A DNA stretch of 63,409 nucleotides, the filler included, from Sphacelaria rigidula (Eukaryota): the NCBI GenBank assembly GCA_964200075.2. It is 5 parts of 5 records of this genome, joined end to end, with 100 filler letters (N's around TTAATTAATTAA, not from the genome) between each part and the next. Parts side by side here need not be neighbours in the genome. Positions count along the whole stretch, not along the records: positions 12,706 to 25,307 come from CAXNAA020003579.1; positions 25,408 to 38,008 come from CAXNAA020003580.1; 3 more parts are not named here. One strand, given 5' to 3'. The position numbers were made by a program, and so were the translations under genes. This document shows, piece by piece, positions 12,706 to 25,857 of the stretch. How positions within the stretch are numbered: the stretch's first letter is position 1; each line of letters starts with the position of its first letter. The notes under the pieces are model-generated. The model was not told where the DNA came from. It was given only the letters and a program-made list of their open reading frames with translations, and did no database searches.

Positions 12706-15699
12706 CCCCCCCCGCGCGCCCCTGTCGTAGCATCACTTTTCCGTGGAACCACTCTTCAGAGCTGCGATCATCAGTCTATTGTTGAAACTTTGCTGTGCCA
12801 GTTGGAACGTTCCTCGCACATGTTTCCCGAATATTCCTCCGCGACGCTTTTTCAGCGTACACCTTACGCCGTCGTTGTAAATAGTTGTGGGATCGCTTTT
12901 CCCAGCTGTTTCACCTCAGGTCAAGATGTACACAAGTTGTGAGTATATATGTGCTGCCCACTTGATTAATCGTTGTCTTCAGTGGCCAGGTCAAACGCAC
13001 GCTACGGTGTGGCCACTGTGATGAGGTACCCACGACAAGCAAGCGTGGAGTTCAGAAGAATACTCTACAGGAGAACTGACTACTTTTTCAGAGCATTGCG
13101 AGCATTGAACCTCAGGTCCCTTATAATCGACACAATTTTCAGAGATCTACAAGAGCTCCAAGAGTTTTCGGACTCTGCGTCCAGACTTCTCCGAGGATGA
13201 ATAAGCAATGGTACGTCGTGGGTGCACTTTGTGCGCAAGATCTTGTCTAGTTTAGGGGCTAGCTTCTAAGGATTCCAGATGCACAAGGATATATGTCAGG
13301 GCATGCATTCCCATTTGTGAATTCATTTGGGATATCCCTAGCACATTTGAATGTAAAATAATCCTGGCGTACTCTCACATTTTCCGTAAGTCGTGTTTTG
13401 GATTAGATTAAGGGCTGCCAACAGTTCTACCCTCAGAAAATATTTGTGCACCCCTACCAAAGCATCACTCTGAAGGGCTTGATTTTTTCTCCGGAGCTTC
13501 ATTTTTCAAGAAATCCGAAAAATTCGGATTGCAACGCAGCTCTTCGGAGAGCTGCCCTGTGAAAACGCCGGGGCGCTGGCAAGCACTCGAGAATGATCAG
13601 ATATCTTTACAGTCCCGACAGTTTCGGACGTGTCCGGAATAACAGTGTCGATAGTACTGAGCCTTATTCGGTATCCACGACTTTTTTTTCAGCACTCAAG
13701 ACAACTGCATTATACCTGAAGAGTGGTGTTACCACAGGAGGGGCGCACACATGTTTTCCGAGGTTCGAATTTTAGGAGTCCTCTTTCTGAACCAAAACCA
13801 GCTTATGAATTTTGTGAGAGCACACCACGATTAGCATTCCGATGGGCTACTCGTAGAGAGATCCCGAATCAGTTTGAAAAAAGGGAATTATTCATGTCTT
13901 GAGCCATATTCCTCTTGTTGTGTACTCGTAGTATAGCCTCTAACTTTAGGAGCTCCTGAGGGAGAAATATATTACATGTGGGCCCAAATATGCAACCCCT
14001 GGCGTAGCAGCGTGACTCTGAAGTACCAACTTCCGAAAAAATACTGAGTACCTCGGAGTACCTGGAATATCGACTGCCGAATATTCTTGGTATTTCAGGG
14101 TACCTTACTTGAATAGTATCGACTGCGGGGTGTACTGAATATCATTTCGTCAGGGTACCTGGAGCGTCGCTTGCAGAAAACACGGAGCATTGCATAGTGC
14201 CTGGAGGATCGCGTACCGAAAGTACCGCTTATTCCCGAGTACCTGGAGTATTGGCACTTCCAATTACTCGTACTCGCTCCACCCTATTTGAAGCATCTTT
14301 GAAATAAATACGGTATTTCATGTCCCTGCCTTGATTGTTCAGTCTCATTGGCCGCGGCTCTGAAATTCGGACCAGGTGAAAGTTTAGATTGGCATGGGGC
14401 TGGCACAGGGTCAACAGTACCAAGTATCATCTAGCAACACGAAGAGCTGCGGCGCTGCGGCAAAACAAGACAATCTGTGTCAGTATCGCAATATATAGTA
14501 TGGAAGTTTGGTCAAGGTTCCTATGACTGCGCCCAGTGTTGTCTACTAGTCCGCTCCCAGTACCTGGTCGTGATCCTTCCGGTGGGACTGAGTCTTACTG
14601 TAATTCGAGTCTTCACTGGGACAGCCGTCAGATGTGGCCATCAATTGCGACCGACACCGACCGTAATCGGACGTGCGGGAAAACCCCGCCTATCGTCACA
14701 GCCGGACAACATCAACACTGGTACGTTTTACTGCGCGTGAGTTCTCCTCCTACACGGGCAGTGCCACAGCAAGTACACCGACTTTGCAAGTACGATGGGA
14801 AGATGGTTTATGGTACGATTCGAGGTGACACGAAATATGAATCCCGTTTCGAGCGGATCCAAGATCATGTTTTTACCCCGCTCAAAGCGGTGAAGTGCCA
14901 AGCCACCTGTCGTGTCCCATCGGTCTTATCTGAACTCATACTGTGAGATGGCCATGAATGGGGTCAAGTGCGCTATTATGGCAGTGGTCTTCCGCATATG
15001 CAACCACCACCCGCTTGCAGTACCTGCGCGGTGTCGGTACCGTCATTTTCGGAATAGTTGTTTTAACTCTCAACAGTACGTTTGGTGCCTCGAGATGATG
15101 TAGTACTGTAGCTACTCTGGTCGGTGAGGGAGGAGCTGATCCCACCGTATTGTACTGTTATGGGTGGGACTAGGGCCCGGTTTTGGGTACTATATTTCGG
15201 GAAAATGGATCACGAACGCTATATGCGTAAGAACTGGACTGTAATCAAAAATACATGCGTCACCTAGAAACAACGACCTGGCTCATATAAAATGTACTAT
15301 AAACATGGTGCATAAACATGGTACATATCTTCGAGCCTGTGAGTGCTCGGTGTTGAGATGATATTGTTCCTCCGGATGACTCGCTCCAGATCAGTGGGTG
15401 GAAACTCTTGGTGCACTAGTCTTCAGCTGCTGTACTACTCGGGAAGCGCACGCCCCCGAGCTGCCACCCCAAATTTACCACCATTGCGAAGATGAGAAGA
15501 CAAGAACACGAACAGCAGCAGTTGTGGCCGCCACACACCAACGCATCTGCAGTGAAAGGCGTGCCTGACATCGTGCTAGAACGAGAAGTACGGAAATTTG
15601 GATACCATGAGCAGCAGCGTCGCGCATGCCTTGGGTTCTGTCTCGGAAACGTCTGTCACAAGACGGCCGTGTTTCATCGGTGAACTCGTCCTCTACAAG

Positions 15700-16505
15700 T
15701 CAAGGGGTAAAAGGGCACTCGCTCATGATGAGTGAGGTTGTCCTTTGTACACATCCCCACAGAACAGAGCAGCACATGGCGGATCGCCACAAAAGCAAAT
15801 GTCGTGACGTTGGTGCCAAAAAATAGCATTTGGTCGAAGATGCAAGTTGGTGTCAATCGCATGGTTTACATATTATTTTCAGTATGTACAGGCAATCAAT
15901 TGAAACATCGTGGCTCTGCTGACCTGTTCATACATAGTCAGTGTGTAGTCTAAAGTAAAAGTCGCCCTTGGCGCCCTGGTTTCTCCCCTGGAACCCTCAG
16001 ATCCAACAGCCGAAGTTCATGTGTCACGTCGCCCTGTGCAACTCAACACATGAAGGGTACTCGCTGTTGAAAGACTAATTTGCTCATTGTGCACAGCCGT
16101 ACAGAACGAAGCAGCACCTGGCGGCACGCCACAAAGTGAAACACCCTCACACACTGCTCGCTGCAAGCAAAAAATATGAAACCCAAAACCAAGCTGTCGA
16201 CCGTCGCATAGTTTGCATCTCAGTCTTATATTAGTAGACTATATATAAACAGACAATTACTAAGTACATGATCACAAGAGTCGCCAGAAGATATAAGGCA
16301 GTGCAAGTACTACAATCGCTCTAGACGCCTCGGCTTCTGCACTGGAGCTCTGACACGAAGCAGTCGCTAGCTTTGTCTTTCTTCTGTAAACTTCCCCTCT
16401 GAAATTCGACACTCGAAGGGATACTCGCTGTTGAAAGGCGAAATCGCCTTTTGTGCACAGCCGCACAGAACTAAGCAGCAGCGCCTGCCGACACGCAACC
16501 AAACT
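15700..16505. repeat. Three diverged direct repeats with ~350-bp spacing
   Basis: AGGG(C/T/AT)ACTCGCT...TTGT(A/G)CACA...ACAGAAC...GCAGCA recurs at ~15709, ~16055 and ~16417. Confidence 0.7.
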
Positions 16506-17349
16506 GCATGTCGTGACAACTTGCGGCGAGAAAAAACAACATGCGCACCGAGTTTTTTTAATATGCGATGTTGGACCTCTAATAGCGCTAGATACTAATC
16601 CTCAACCCAAAAGTGCCGATCGCGCAACGCGTAGAAATCGGCGACGAAGCAGAGGATTGGACTGCAGTTTCTTGCGTACGCTTCCCACACACCCAAGCTA
16701 GGTCAACCTATTTCACTTCTTCGTTTGAGCGTGATACTGAGCCGCAACAAACCCAAACGCTCTGGGAGGGGGGTTTCTCGCTGCTGGCGCGACGCCAGGA
16801 AAATGCGAAATAGAATCCCCTGGATCTTGTGTGTATGCGGGGGTGTGTGAAGTGCCGTAGGCTGGCTTGCTTTCTGTGTCGAGAACCGCGCGATCTCCCA
16901 TGCTAGAGCTGTCCCATAGTTAACCAAGTTTATAAGTGCTGAAGCGTGCGCGCTGCTCTAGAGGGCCTCGGCACAGGTGCGACCGCCTACTGACGTGTTC
17001 ATTATTCCTCCGCACTTATGTTTGTTTTTAGTTTGCCGCTGATTTTTGGTCGTTAGGCCCTCCAGTCCCACCCATAACTGTACACATGTTCTTCGCAGGT
17101 ATCGCATGTATTAATCGAACTACCTTCCAAAAAGTATTTCACGTCCAAATGCGCACCTCCGCCTTCCCTCCTTGATCACACAAGCCCTCGAACAGTGTCC
17201 CTAGCGCTCGTTGACCGACATTACCCCCACATGCAGTGGGTTCGACGACACACAGGCCCCGAAAGTGTCCTGTGCACAGCATAATGCACACAGCATGCGA
17301 ACATCTGCCAACGATGTCTGAATTTCCATATCTTCTGCGCTTTGACCGA

Positions 17350-20300
17350 AAGATCGATTGCCGGCGATCGAAGGAGAACCCGCGGGCTGGAATTACTACT
17401 ACAACCGCGCCGACCATTTTTGATCGCATGGTGCAGTGTGTCCGTTGTCGCGGACATCGAACCTGGAGCCAGCAGTACGAGCGGTCGTTGTAGACGTCAC
17501 CGAAAGAGCAAGATCGCAGCCCTGCGTGCTTTGTCGACAGTGGAGGCGGCATCAACAACAGCAGGAGAGGGCGCGAGCGAAGCCAGGGCGGCGTCGTCGT
17601 GAGTGGCCTCAGCAGCAGTCGAGAGTTACCTCTCGAGAAAGCGACAAGTTTGGGCCGTCAACGACGGCAGCGGCAGGAGGGATGTGTGCGCTGGATGCAG
17701 GCGGCCTCGAAACGTGCGAGGTGGATTGGTTGTTTCCTGGTTGTCCGTGCTCGTGTTTTTCCTTCGCTTATTTTGTTAACCCGTGTGGCCTGCCGTTGTA
17801 CCGGCGGTGGACAGTCGTTGGTGCTATTTTTTCCTCTTCTGCACGTGCTGCATGTATTGAAGTCGCGTAAGAATGACACTGTGAGCTAGCTGTGACCGCA
17901 AGACGCTTGCGGCCACCTCGTGTGTGCTCGTGGGACTAACGGTGGGAGTATAGGTTCTTGGCGGTAGAGATTACTGGCGTTATATTGAGACCGAGACATG
18001 TGGGAACGGTAACGCTGTGAACGTTCGCGAACCACGAGCGTATTGCTTTCCAAGCTGGCTTGTCCTATGCCGAACATTGTTGAACATTCGTTTTTCGCCT
18101 TGTTCTGGACGCGGTAACTCAAAATTTCCTGGTCTTGGTCGTCAACAAGTAGTTGACCTCCGGGCTAAGGTGAGGTTACAGTACAGCGTGCAACCAGGGT
18201 TGGCGCAATTTCAATCAGTTTCCTGGATACTCACCCCCATTTTTGCTAACGCTATACGATCGCTGTCGTCCGTTCGCTTTTTCCCGGCAATTCCCATTAT
18301 TCCCGCGCAAGGTGTGCTTGTTGTTCATCGCTGCCCCCCGAGCCACTACCTACGGCTATTACATTCATCATCTTGCAGCACCCGGCGGAACACAAAAGGT
18401 GAGGAAGGCACCTGGGCGTGTTCGTTTTTCTTGAATGCACACTACTGGGCTGATGAGCGTGATTTTAATTTTCAACCGCTTTTTTGACACCGTGAGCTCT
18501 AGACCTTCTTTCGGAAATGATTGTAGCCGGCCAACCTTGAACCCCGGTAGCATCGACACGAAACAGTAGCTGAGCATGCCTTTTCTGTTTGTCAGCACTT
18601 ACCGCAATCAATGTCAGTATGCCGTGTACATCGTGGAACAAAACCCCTGACTCGCGTCTCTCGTTCAATCGTAATGTTTTTTTTCTCACACATTGCCAGT
18701 GGTCGATCTGCGGGTGATCGGTGGAAATTGGCGTCTCGCTGTCAACGAGTGGCCAGCATAATGAAAATCGTGCTGCTCACGAGAATAAGTGTTCGCATGG
18801 TTGCCGCCTATCCCATAACAGCGAAAAAACTGAAGGGCCCGCGATTGTTGTCCGTTTTTGCGTTCCAACTCGGCCACCCAAATGTCCGCTACGTGACCAC
18901 TCTCGCGCAAGACGAATCACAGGGACGATGCCGCTTATTCTTCAATGTCTGAGCAACTGCCGACGCATGGTTATGCACGTAGGCGGTCTTCAGCCGACGG
19001 AAGACGACTTGCGCGACATTCTGGGTCTGGGCTCACGGAAAGATGATGACACTGATTCTGCGTTTTCATCGTCGGGCACGATTCCGCTGTTGTTATTTCC
19101 TTGCGCCGAGGCGGAGTTTATTGAGGTGAATGAAAACGAACACGCAAAGCATTCACATGCACATGAATGTGATGCTGTTTCACTTTTCTATTTAGGGGGC
19201 GAATTTTTTATTCTGCATTCTCCGTAAATGCACCCCTAATCCAAGAAACGTAGCTATTGCACTGCAGGGTGTCTGCAGCACAGTACACTCGCCAGTTACC
19301 TCCAACGATATGTTTTTTAACCATTGCCGTCGTTGGACTATCGTTTTTCACAAGTAAACCCCGATGCCCCCCATGTGTTTGAGCAAACGACAGACTCTGA
19401 CGAAAGTAAAGGGTACCGAGCTAAGGTACTGTAGGAAAGGAGGATGCACGCTCGGCATAGTGCGGGCCATCACGAGCACGGGGGAGGGGAAGCTCGAGGA
19501 GCGGAGAGGAAGAGAGAAGGAGATGAAGATGAAGAGAGGTATCCCCCCTTAAGAATCGGCGTGCATGTCCTCTTCTATCAAACAAGCTCAAGTGTACAAC
19601 ATGATGTGTGTGTGTTCTTTTTTCTCTCAATATTTGCATCCATGCTCGTACCGTCCTTCGAGCAGGACATTGCCTCCGCTCGCCTTGCGGACGCGGCGAC
19701 GACGCAACGGAGTGACTACGATAAACCCCACTTTGAGGACGCCGCACACCCGAAGCTCGGCGGGGGGAAACGAATTCAGCGGTCGCCTCGTCCTCTCCGT
19801 GGCCGTCAACGCCGCTCTCGCGCTCGTCGGCCCCGGATGTGGTAGTTCTGATCGATGGTACTTGGTCGCAGGCCAAACAGATCTTGGGAAGGTATCCATG
19901 CCTCACCGATAGGTTCGTCGTGGGAAAGCCTTAACTGCTGCCCGAGGATGAAAAAAGCAGTCGTGGAAGCAGCTGTGCTGAAGAAACGTCAGAGACCGGC
20001 GCTGATCTGCAAGTTGCCGCAGGGGACGGTTTCTCATCAGGCAAGTTCGCCGAACAGGGTGACACAGAGGTTTTTCGCCGCGCGGTGAAATTTCGTTCCG
20101 CCGGAAGCAGCGACTACGGGTTCCGGAAGGAGCCGTCTGAGGAGTGCATCTCTACGCTGGAAAGCGTTGCGTATACTCTTGAGGTGGGTGGGTGGGTGGG
20201 TGGATAGTGTGGCGACAGGTTCGTATCCAAGAATCAGTTGCACTAGTTGCACGCACAACAACAGGATAGGGGATATATTGATCTTGCGGTAGTAGCGTAG

Positions 20301-20381
20301 GTATAATGTATAATGACCTGTCGGGTATCGTGGAGACAAAGCACTGACATGTTTCGTCGTGTTGTAGGGGATATGTTGTTG

Positions 20382-20413
<32 letters not shown>

Positions 20414-21154
20414 ATTGCTGTTGCTGTTGTTGTTTCGGATATAATAATGCCAGCGATGCCTTTCTCATATTTCCCCTTTCTAGAGCTCCCTGTAGCGAGT
20501 GTCTCCGTGTATGGACTTTGGGTGAGTCGATCATGTGACTACATCTGGCTTGATTCGTGGCGGATGACTCGATATACAAGCTATCAACCACGTCGAATCA
20601 ACACCTCCGCGCTCCGGCGATCATACCAGCATGTATTCGATCAGTTTTCTCGGTGTAATAGTAGCAGCGGGTTTGTGTCTCGACAGTATTGACGCACTTA
20701 ACTGGACTCAGCTCGTGAAACGCGTGGGGTATTAAGTTTCCAACAAGAATAGATGGAGGTTGAGGAGCTGCGATATTGCTGATCGGTTTCTCGATAAGGA
20801 ATTGCAAGGCAGGTACCAGGGAGGAGATGCGTTGATTCCTTCAGACTGCGGGACTTGTGCTGGTAGAAGAGGAAGGGGTAACATGTATGACGAGCAAAAG
20901 AATGAGAGGGGCATAGCCGTGCTGAAAGGTGAGCATCACCGAACACGACCGCAATGCATGCTTGGTCTACCCTGATCTGGCCGTCTCACTGTGCCCACGC
21001 GATGATATTACCTTTTGCGTAGGTATTGAGAAGGACACCCGACGGCCTTGCCGCTAGCAATCACCTTGGGCGCGCGTCTTCCGCGATGGTGGCGCTGCAG
21101 CTGAAGAGCAGAGGCAATTCGGAAAGGCCGCGGTTTGTGGACCAAAAAAATTAA
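17350..21154 (+). pseudogene. Intron-retaining pseudogene of a DTW-domain tRNA-uridine aminocarboxypropyltransferase (DTWD2/TapT-like)
   Basis: Exons: ~17350-17713 (...RRDVCAGCRRPRN), 18312-18415 (VCL[+1]CSSLPPEPLPTAITFIILQHPAEHKR*GRHL), 18923-19125 (GTMPLILQCLSNC...PLLLFPCAEAEFIE), 19666-20183 (...VVVLIDGTWSQAKQILGRYP...KP*...YGFRKEPSEECISTLESVAYTLE), 21023-21154 (VLRRTPDG...AMVALQL...*). Family motifs CxxCxRPxxVCLC, LQHPxE, LLFP, DGTW and RKEP..ECISTLE appear in the expected order. Lesions: TGA 17600, +1 frameshift ~18321, TGA 18400, frameshift at G6 19762-19767, TAA 19932. Start not located. Confidence 0.85.
20374..20432. repeat. (TGC/TGT)n microsatellite in a pseudogene intron
   Basis: Directly visible. 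Confidence 0.9.
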
Positions 21155-21289
21155 ACGGCAAACCATCGGTTGACACGCCCCAAAAAGGACGTTTCTCCTC
21201 GGAAGGTCGGCGGTTCGAAGTACACGAGTATGCGATTTTTGGTACCCTCAAAATTCCACCATTTAGAGATTGGACCAGTGCTGCACCCA

Positions 21290-21575
21290 AGTGTGCGTTG
21301 TGTTGTCATGCCATCTGTTCTGGACGCTAGTGTACACCTTTCGGTATATGTGGGCGCATTAGCCGGGGTCACACCGGAGGAAGGTCAACACAGGAGCTGT
21401 TGGATTTATTTATCTTGCTTTAGTACTCCACCTCCCTTCTGCGGTGCTTGCCTTATTTTTTTAGCGGGAGAGGGTTCAGCAGTCCGTTTTCCTCGTCGAC
21501 CGCGAAGCCGAATTTTTGTATATACGACAAAGTCGTTCTCCACTGTTGGGTATGGTGTGAGAAAATCCTGGATTG
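21290..21575 (-). mobile_element. SINE copy lacking its tRNA-like head
   Basis: Colinear with the body of 51360-51726 (TTCTGGACG...TACACCTTTCGGTATATGTGGGCGCA...GGTCAACACAGGAG...CCACTGTTGGG). Confidence 0.85.
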
Positions 21576-22215
21576 TGCGACTTCACTAAAGTAGTGTCTG
21601 CGTATCCTCGGACTCTCGTGTTGTTGGCGGGCGTTGGTTTTGTTGTACTATCGAGCATGTGTTCTTCTCGCGATGATGGCGGTGTATACTGTCCGCCTCT
21701 CGCGACAGTTCTACATGTCAGTTGTCTAGAGTCCCGGTTTCTGAAGCTAGGTATGCTCTTATTTTTCAAATTATATTTCAAGAAACTGGCTTTTGAAACC
21801 ACCCATCATCTCGATGCGCTGTATGACCATTTCGACGGCGATACTTATTTGGCCTTTTCTGGAGGGGGGCATCGCGGCATCACTCGCTTGTTCCTTGTTT
21901 TGGTCGATGCAACAACTGTGTGCGTGTGTGTGTTTGTGAGCCATTACTTCATCTGCTCGTCATACTGATCAGTCTCGGAAACGCTTGACACAACATTTTC
22001 ACCAGATTGCAAGTCTAAAGCATTCGGCTGAGGATGATGTCTCAAGAGAAACATGTTGTTTTCATGTGTTCAAGTAATGGATGAAACACTTACATGTCTG
22101 AGTGTCAAGAATAGTGATGCGGATTTGTGCAGACCACCTACCCTAGTGGTCCAAGGAGGGTGATTACGAATGGTGGTGCGGAAGACGTTTAGATTTAGCG
22201 TCGTTAGCTGTACGA

Positions 22216-22490
22216 GTGTTCCGATTTTCAAATTGGTTGTTGTCTCAGGCCATTTCAGATTCGGCATTGGATTTCTGTGACAGGAAAGTGTTCCGTTTTT
22301 CTCAGAATATACTTCCAGAACCAAGCAGGCTTTTCAAGAACCTGCCCAACGCGTGACCCCTCCCACATACTCGAATCCCTAGTGTTCCAATTTTCAAATT
22401 GGTTGTTTTCTCAGGCTATTCCAGATTCGGCATTAGATTTCTGTGACAGAAAACACACTTGTTTTTTCGAAATACTTTTAAAGAAACAAG
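22216..22490. repeat. Tandem duplication with ~166-bp period
   Basis: GTGTTCC(G/A)ATTTTCAAATTGGTTGTT...CAGATTCGGCATT(G/A)GATTTCTGTGACAG at 22216 and 22382. Confidence 0.85.
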
Positions 22491-23269
22491 GAGAACTTTT
22501 CAAAATACAAAAAAAACTTTTCGAAAAACTGCTCAGAACATGACCCCATTATATGGAGTACCGGCTACTACACTGAACACAAGAAAATTCTGCAGTGGTA
22601 TATGGAGTGCATAGTACTACACTGAACACAAGACAACACGGCAATTCTGCTAGTGTTTTCCAGTTTTAGAACAACACAACACAGTAGTACAGGGCGCTAC
22701 TACTGTTGTACAGTTTGTACTGTCTGTACTGTACTAAATATGGATAAAGAAGTACGTATGTTGCAGACGACCCTGCCAGATACTACTCTTTCACAGAATT
22801 ACCCATAACCCAAATGGTTCATTCGCAGCTACGTACCCAACCCCGCGGCATAGATCACGAACTCAGCACAGGAATATACACTGCAGTAGTAATAGGAAAC
22901 CGACACCACCACTGTTTTGGTATGATGTGTTCTTGTTTCTGTTAGCGAAAACTTAGGCATCTAATTTTGTGGCAGGGTCCACCGACGGAGTTGCGTGTCG
23001 GGGTGGGCGATCGAATTGCCAACGCGCTCATGGACAGTAGAGGCGGTGAAAAACTGTACATGGTTCAAATCTGCTTCGCATCTTCCTGTATGCAGAGAGT
23101 CAGAAAGCTGTGCTGTCTGTCGAATCTGCTGTGTGTCGCGTTGTCCGCTTCTTCTCCACATCGCGCCCGCATGCTGTGCGAAACACACGCCATCTGGACA
23201 GTACAGGCCGCCACTGTTGTACAACAGTCTGTACTGCACTGTCTAATTTTTGGCCAAGAGCGAAACTTT

Positions 23270-23464
23270 TGTAATGCGTGAGAGGACCGCGTCGGAAGTG
23301 GAGCATCCATATGGTTGGGGTTAGGGTTAGGGTTAGTGTTGGGGTTGGGGTCAGGGGCGTGGTACCGGCAGGGACTGGCCCGATTGGTTTTGGGAAACGT
23401 CGATACTGAAGTGTTTCGAGCTACGGTGCGGTCCTCTGACCACGTGGTCCTCTCACGCATTACA
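23270..23464. mobile_element. 195-bp MITE with TGT...ACA termini and internal telomere-like (TTAGGG/TTGGGG) repeats
   Basis: 23-bp TIR with one mismatch: TGTAATGCGTGAGAGGACCGCGT versus ACGTGGTCCTCTCACGCATTACA. Internal GGTTGGGGTTAGGGTTAGGGTTAGTGTTGGGGTTGGGG at 23313-23350. Confidence 0.85.
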
Positions 23465-24154
23465 CTATGACCTACGGAAAACGCAAAGGTACTCTCGAAT
23501 GGTCTCAAGTGTCAACATCCGCTGAGCCCTCTTTTCAGGGCAAAAACGACGGAGAAAGGTAAAGAAAGCACATTTCAGCAAGTAGTATTTTTCGATACAT
23601 AACAAGTAGACTAACAAAGGAAAAGGAAAAAAGAAAATTAGAAGCGCGATTGCGAAGCAGAGCAATCTATCAAAATACAGAAGTCCTACAGTATATATAG
23701 CAGTACAGAGTACTACACCGAACACAACACAGAAGTCCTACAGAGTTCGTACTTTTTAGAACCTCCTGTACATACAGATACCGCACAGCAGACAGCAGAA
23801 AACTTGTAGTACAATGATGGTATATCATCCAATCCCGCAAGGGAGCTACCGTGCCGCTGATAATCCGATCCCGCAAGGCAGCTATTAAATTGTACATACC
23901 ACCAGGGGGCAGCGAAAAACAAAATCGGGACACGTAGGCCCCAAGATCGAAATTCGATTTTTTGAGGGGGGGGGGGGGGACACTCAGCCGTGTGTCCCCT
24001 GTTTATTCGCCGAAGCGTTGGCGGATGCGGTCAGCTGCCGTAGACAGTAGATATCCTTATACATATATTACACACCATATAGTATATCATACATTATATA
24101 TTATAGTTAATATCATATATTATATTTCATATGTTATATTTTATATACTATATA

Positions 24155-24760
24155 TGTACATGTATCATTTCGCAATTTTCACCACTTTCGCCGAGTTTTC
24201 TCTGGCGGCAAGGCATCTTATACCGCGCTTTGTTTTGCGGTGCACGAAGGAGGTGCAGCGGTACATTTCCTGTGAAGTTTAGGTGTCATGTGATACCGGT
24301 GGCGCATGTTCTGGCCATCGAAAGTCGCTTGCACTGGCTCTATTTCGCGGGGTGTCGATCCCGAACCACAAAAGCCTCCTCAAGATTGTGCGAAACTTAA
24401 GAAAGGAATTGGAACCACAAAAGCCTGTTCATGGCGGGGTATTTCTTTACCGTGTGATTATCTTTGCATTGTCATCGATTTAGTTCATCGTGTGTCGGTT
24501 AGACTGCTCTAAATCGAGAGTAGAGTGCCAGTTGAGAGTAGCTTTGATCATTCGCTTCCACTTGAGCAAATATTCATTCCGTGTGTGCTCTTCTTTGCCT
24601 CTATCACTGGCGTTTGCTTTCAGTGACACGTCGATATCATGCTGAGGGATATCAGTGACAAGCTACTACAGATAGCATGTAGTGCGTCGTGGAAGTGCAT
24701 TTAGGAACTGAAATAAGTCATTTAACTGATTGACCGCCTTACGCTCCCACTGTGTAGTAT
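24155..24760 (+). repeat. Dispersed repeat; internally deleted relative of 58093-59760
   Basis: 24155-24446 matches 58093-58387, and ~24515-24750 matches ~59500-59750. Confidence 0.8.
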
Positions 24761-25307
24761 CTACTCTCAAGCTCACAAAAACACTGTTTTTTACTGGAGA
24801 CTTTCTTGAACTGTCTGTGTACCTTCGTACCCACGGTTTATAGAAGTCCTGCATGCAGAGCTACACCTTTTCTACAGGGATCAGTAATACGAATGCACCC
24901 TCCTGTATTAGGGACATACTGTTAACAGGTGAGGTAGAAATAGTCCCGTACACAAGGCCGCACCACCACTTTCACTTGGAAAATAGTTTTCACCTTTCGA
25001 CCGCGAGCGTAGGTCCAGTAAGTAGAGTTTACCACTTGGGGTAGTGAAAAATTTCTCAGATAGTTCGACTTGATTTTATTTGTTGGGGTTATTATGGCCT
25101 GTCTTAACGAAGGGGGTAATCTCCTTTTTCACAATCCTCTCTTGCACCTACCGTGCTATTAATGTACAGGCCAACGTATCATTTTTACAACATACGTTTA
25201 TTCGGTTGTTGACCTGGTGTTCAACGCATCGCAACAGTTAACAGGGTTGCCAGAAAAATGAGAACGTATTTTGAAATGAGAATCAACCGCTCCCCGGGAT
25301 TGTGTCC

Positions 25308-25407
25308 NNNNNNNNNNNNNNNNNNNNNNNNNNNNNNNNNNNNNNNNNNNNTTAATTAATTAANNNNNNNNNNNNNNNNNNNNNNNNNNNNNNNNNNNNN
25401 NNNNNNN
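25308..25407. other. Artificial contig linker N44-TTAATTAATTAA-N44
   Basis: Identical 100-bp spacer. Confidence 0.97.
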
Positions 25408-25857
25408 CGTGAGCTCTGGTCTCAAAACTTGAACCACAGACCCCCCCTTTTCAAACTAGAAATAAAAAATCATCCCCTCTGACGCACCGTAACCCCCCCC
25501 CCCCCCCCTCGGCAGTACCTCCTCAATTCGTGAAACCTTACATAAAAAACGAATACCGCAGGTTATAGACGAAAGGTCGTGGTAGGCCCTGCCCACAGCG
25601 ATAAATGGTTGGGACAAAACCTAAATCGCGAGCACTTGAGTCGAATAGAACATGAAGTGAGTTCATATGCATGACCACTCTGCAGATGAACAATATCATA
25701 ACCCATCCCCTGCATCAGTGCCAACCAGTGCCTACTTCACCAACCATTCGCATTTGAGTCCATTTCTAACCCCCCCCCCCGCCGTCCCCCCTCACCCGGT
25801 CCATGTTCACCTCTCGCATGCTCTACTCTCACCGTTCCTTTGTGACCACGCTACTAG

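Noticed and set aside
12706-14290. Possible MITE termini (CCCCT...AGCATCACT / ACCACTCTTCAG motifs) and GAGTACCTGGAG repeats
   Set aside because: The region looks repeat-derived but the matches are too weak to define boundaries by eye.
17600-19934. Stop-codon readthrough or selenocysteine recoding of the DTW gene
   Set aside because: The lesions include a TAA and two frameshifts as well as TGAs, so decay is the simpler explanation.
23313-23350. True telomere
   Set aside because: Short, degenerate, internal to the contig and enclosed by TIRs.
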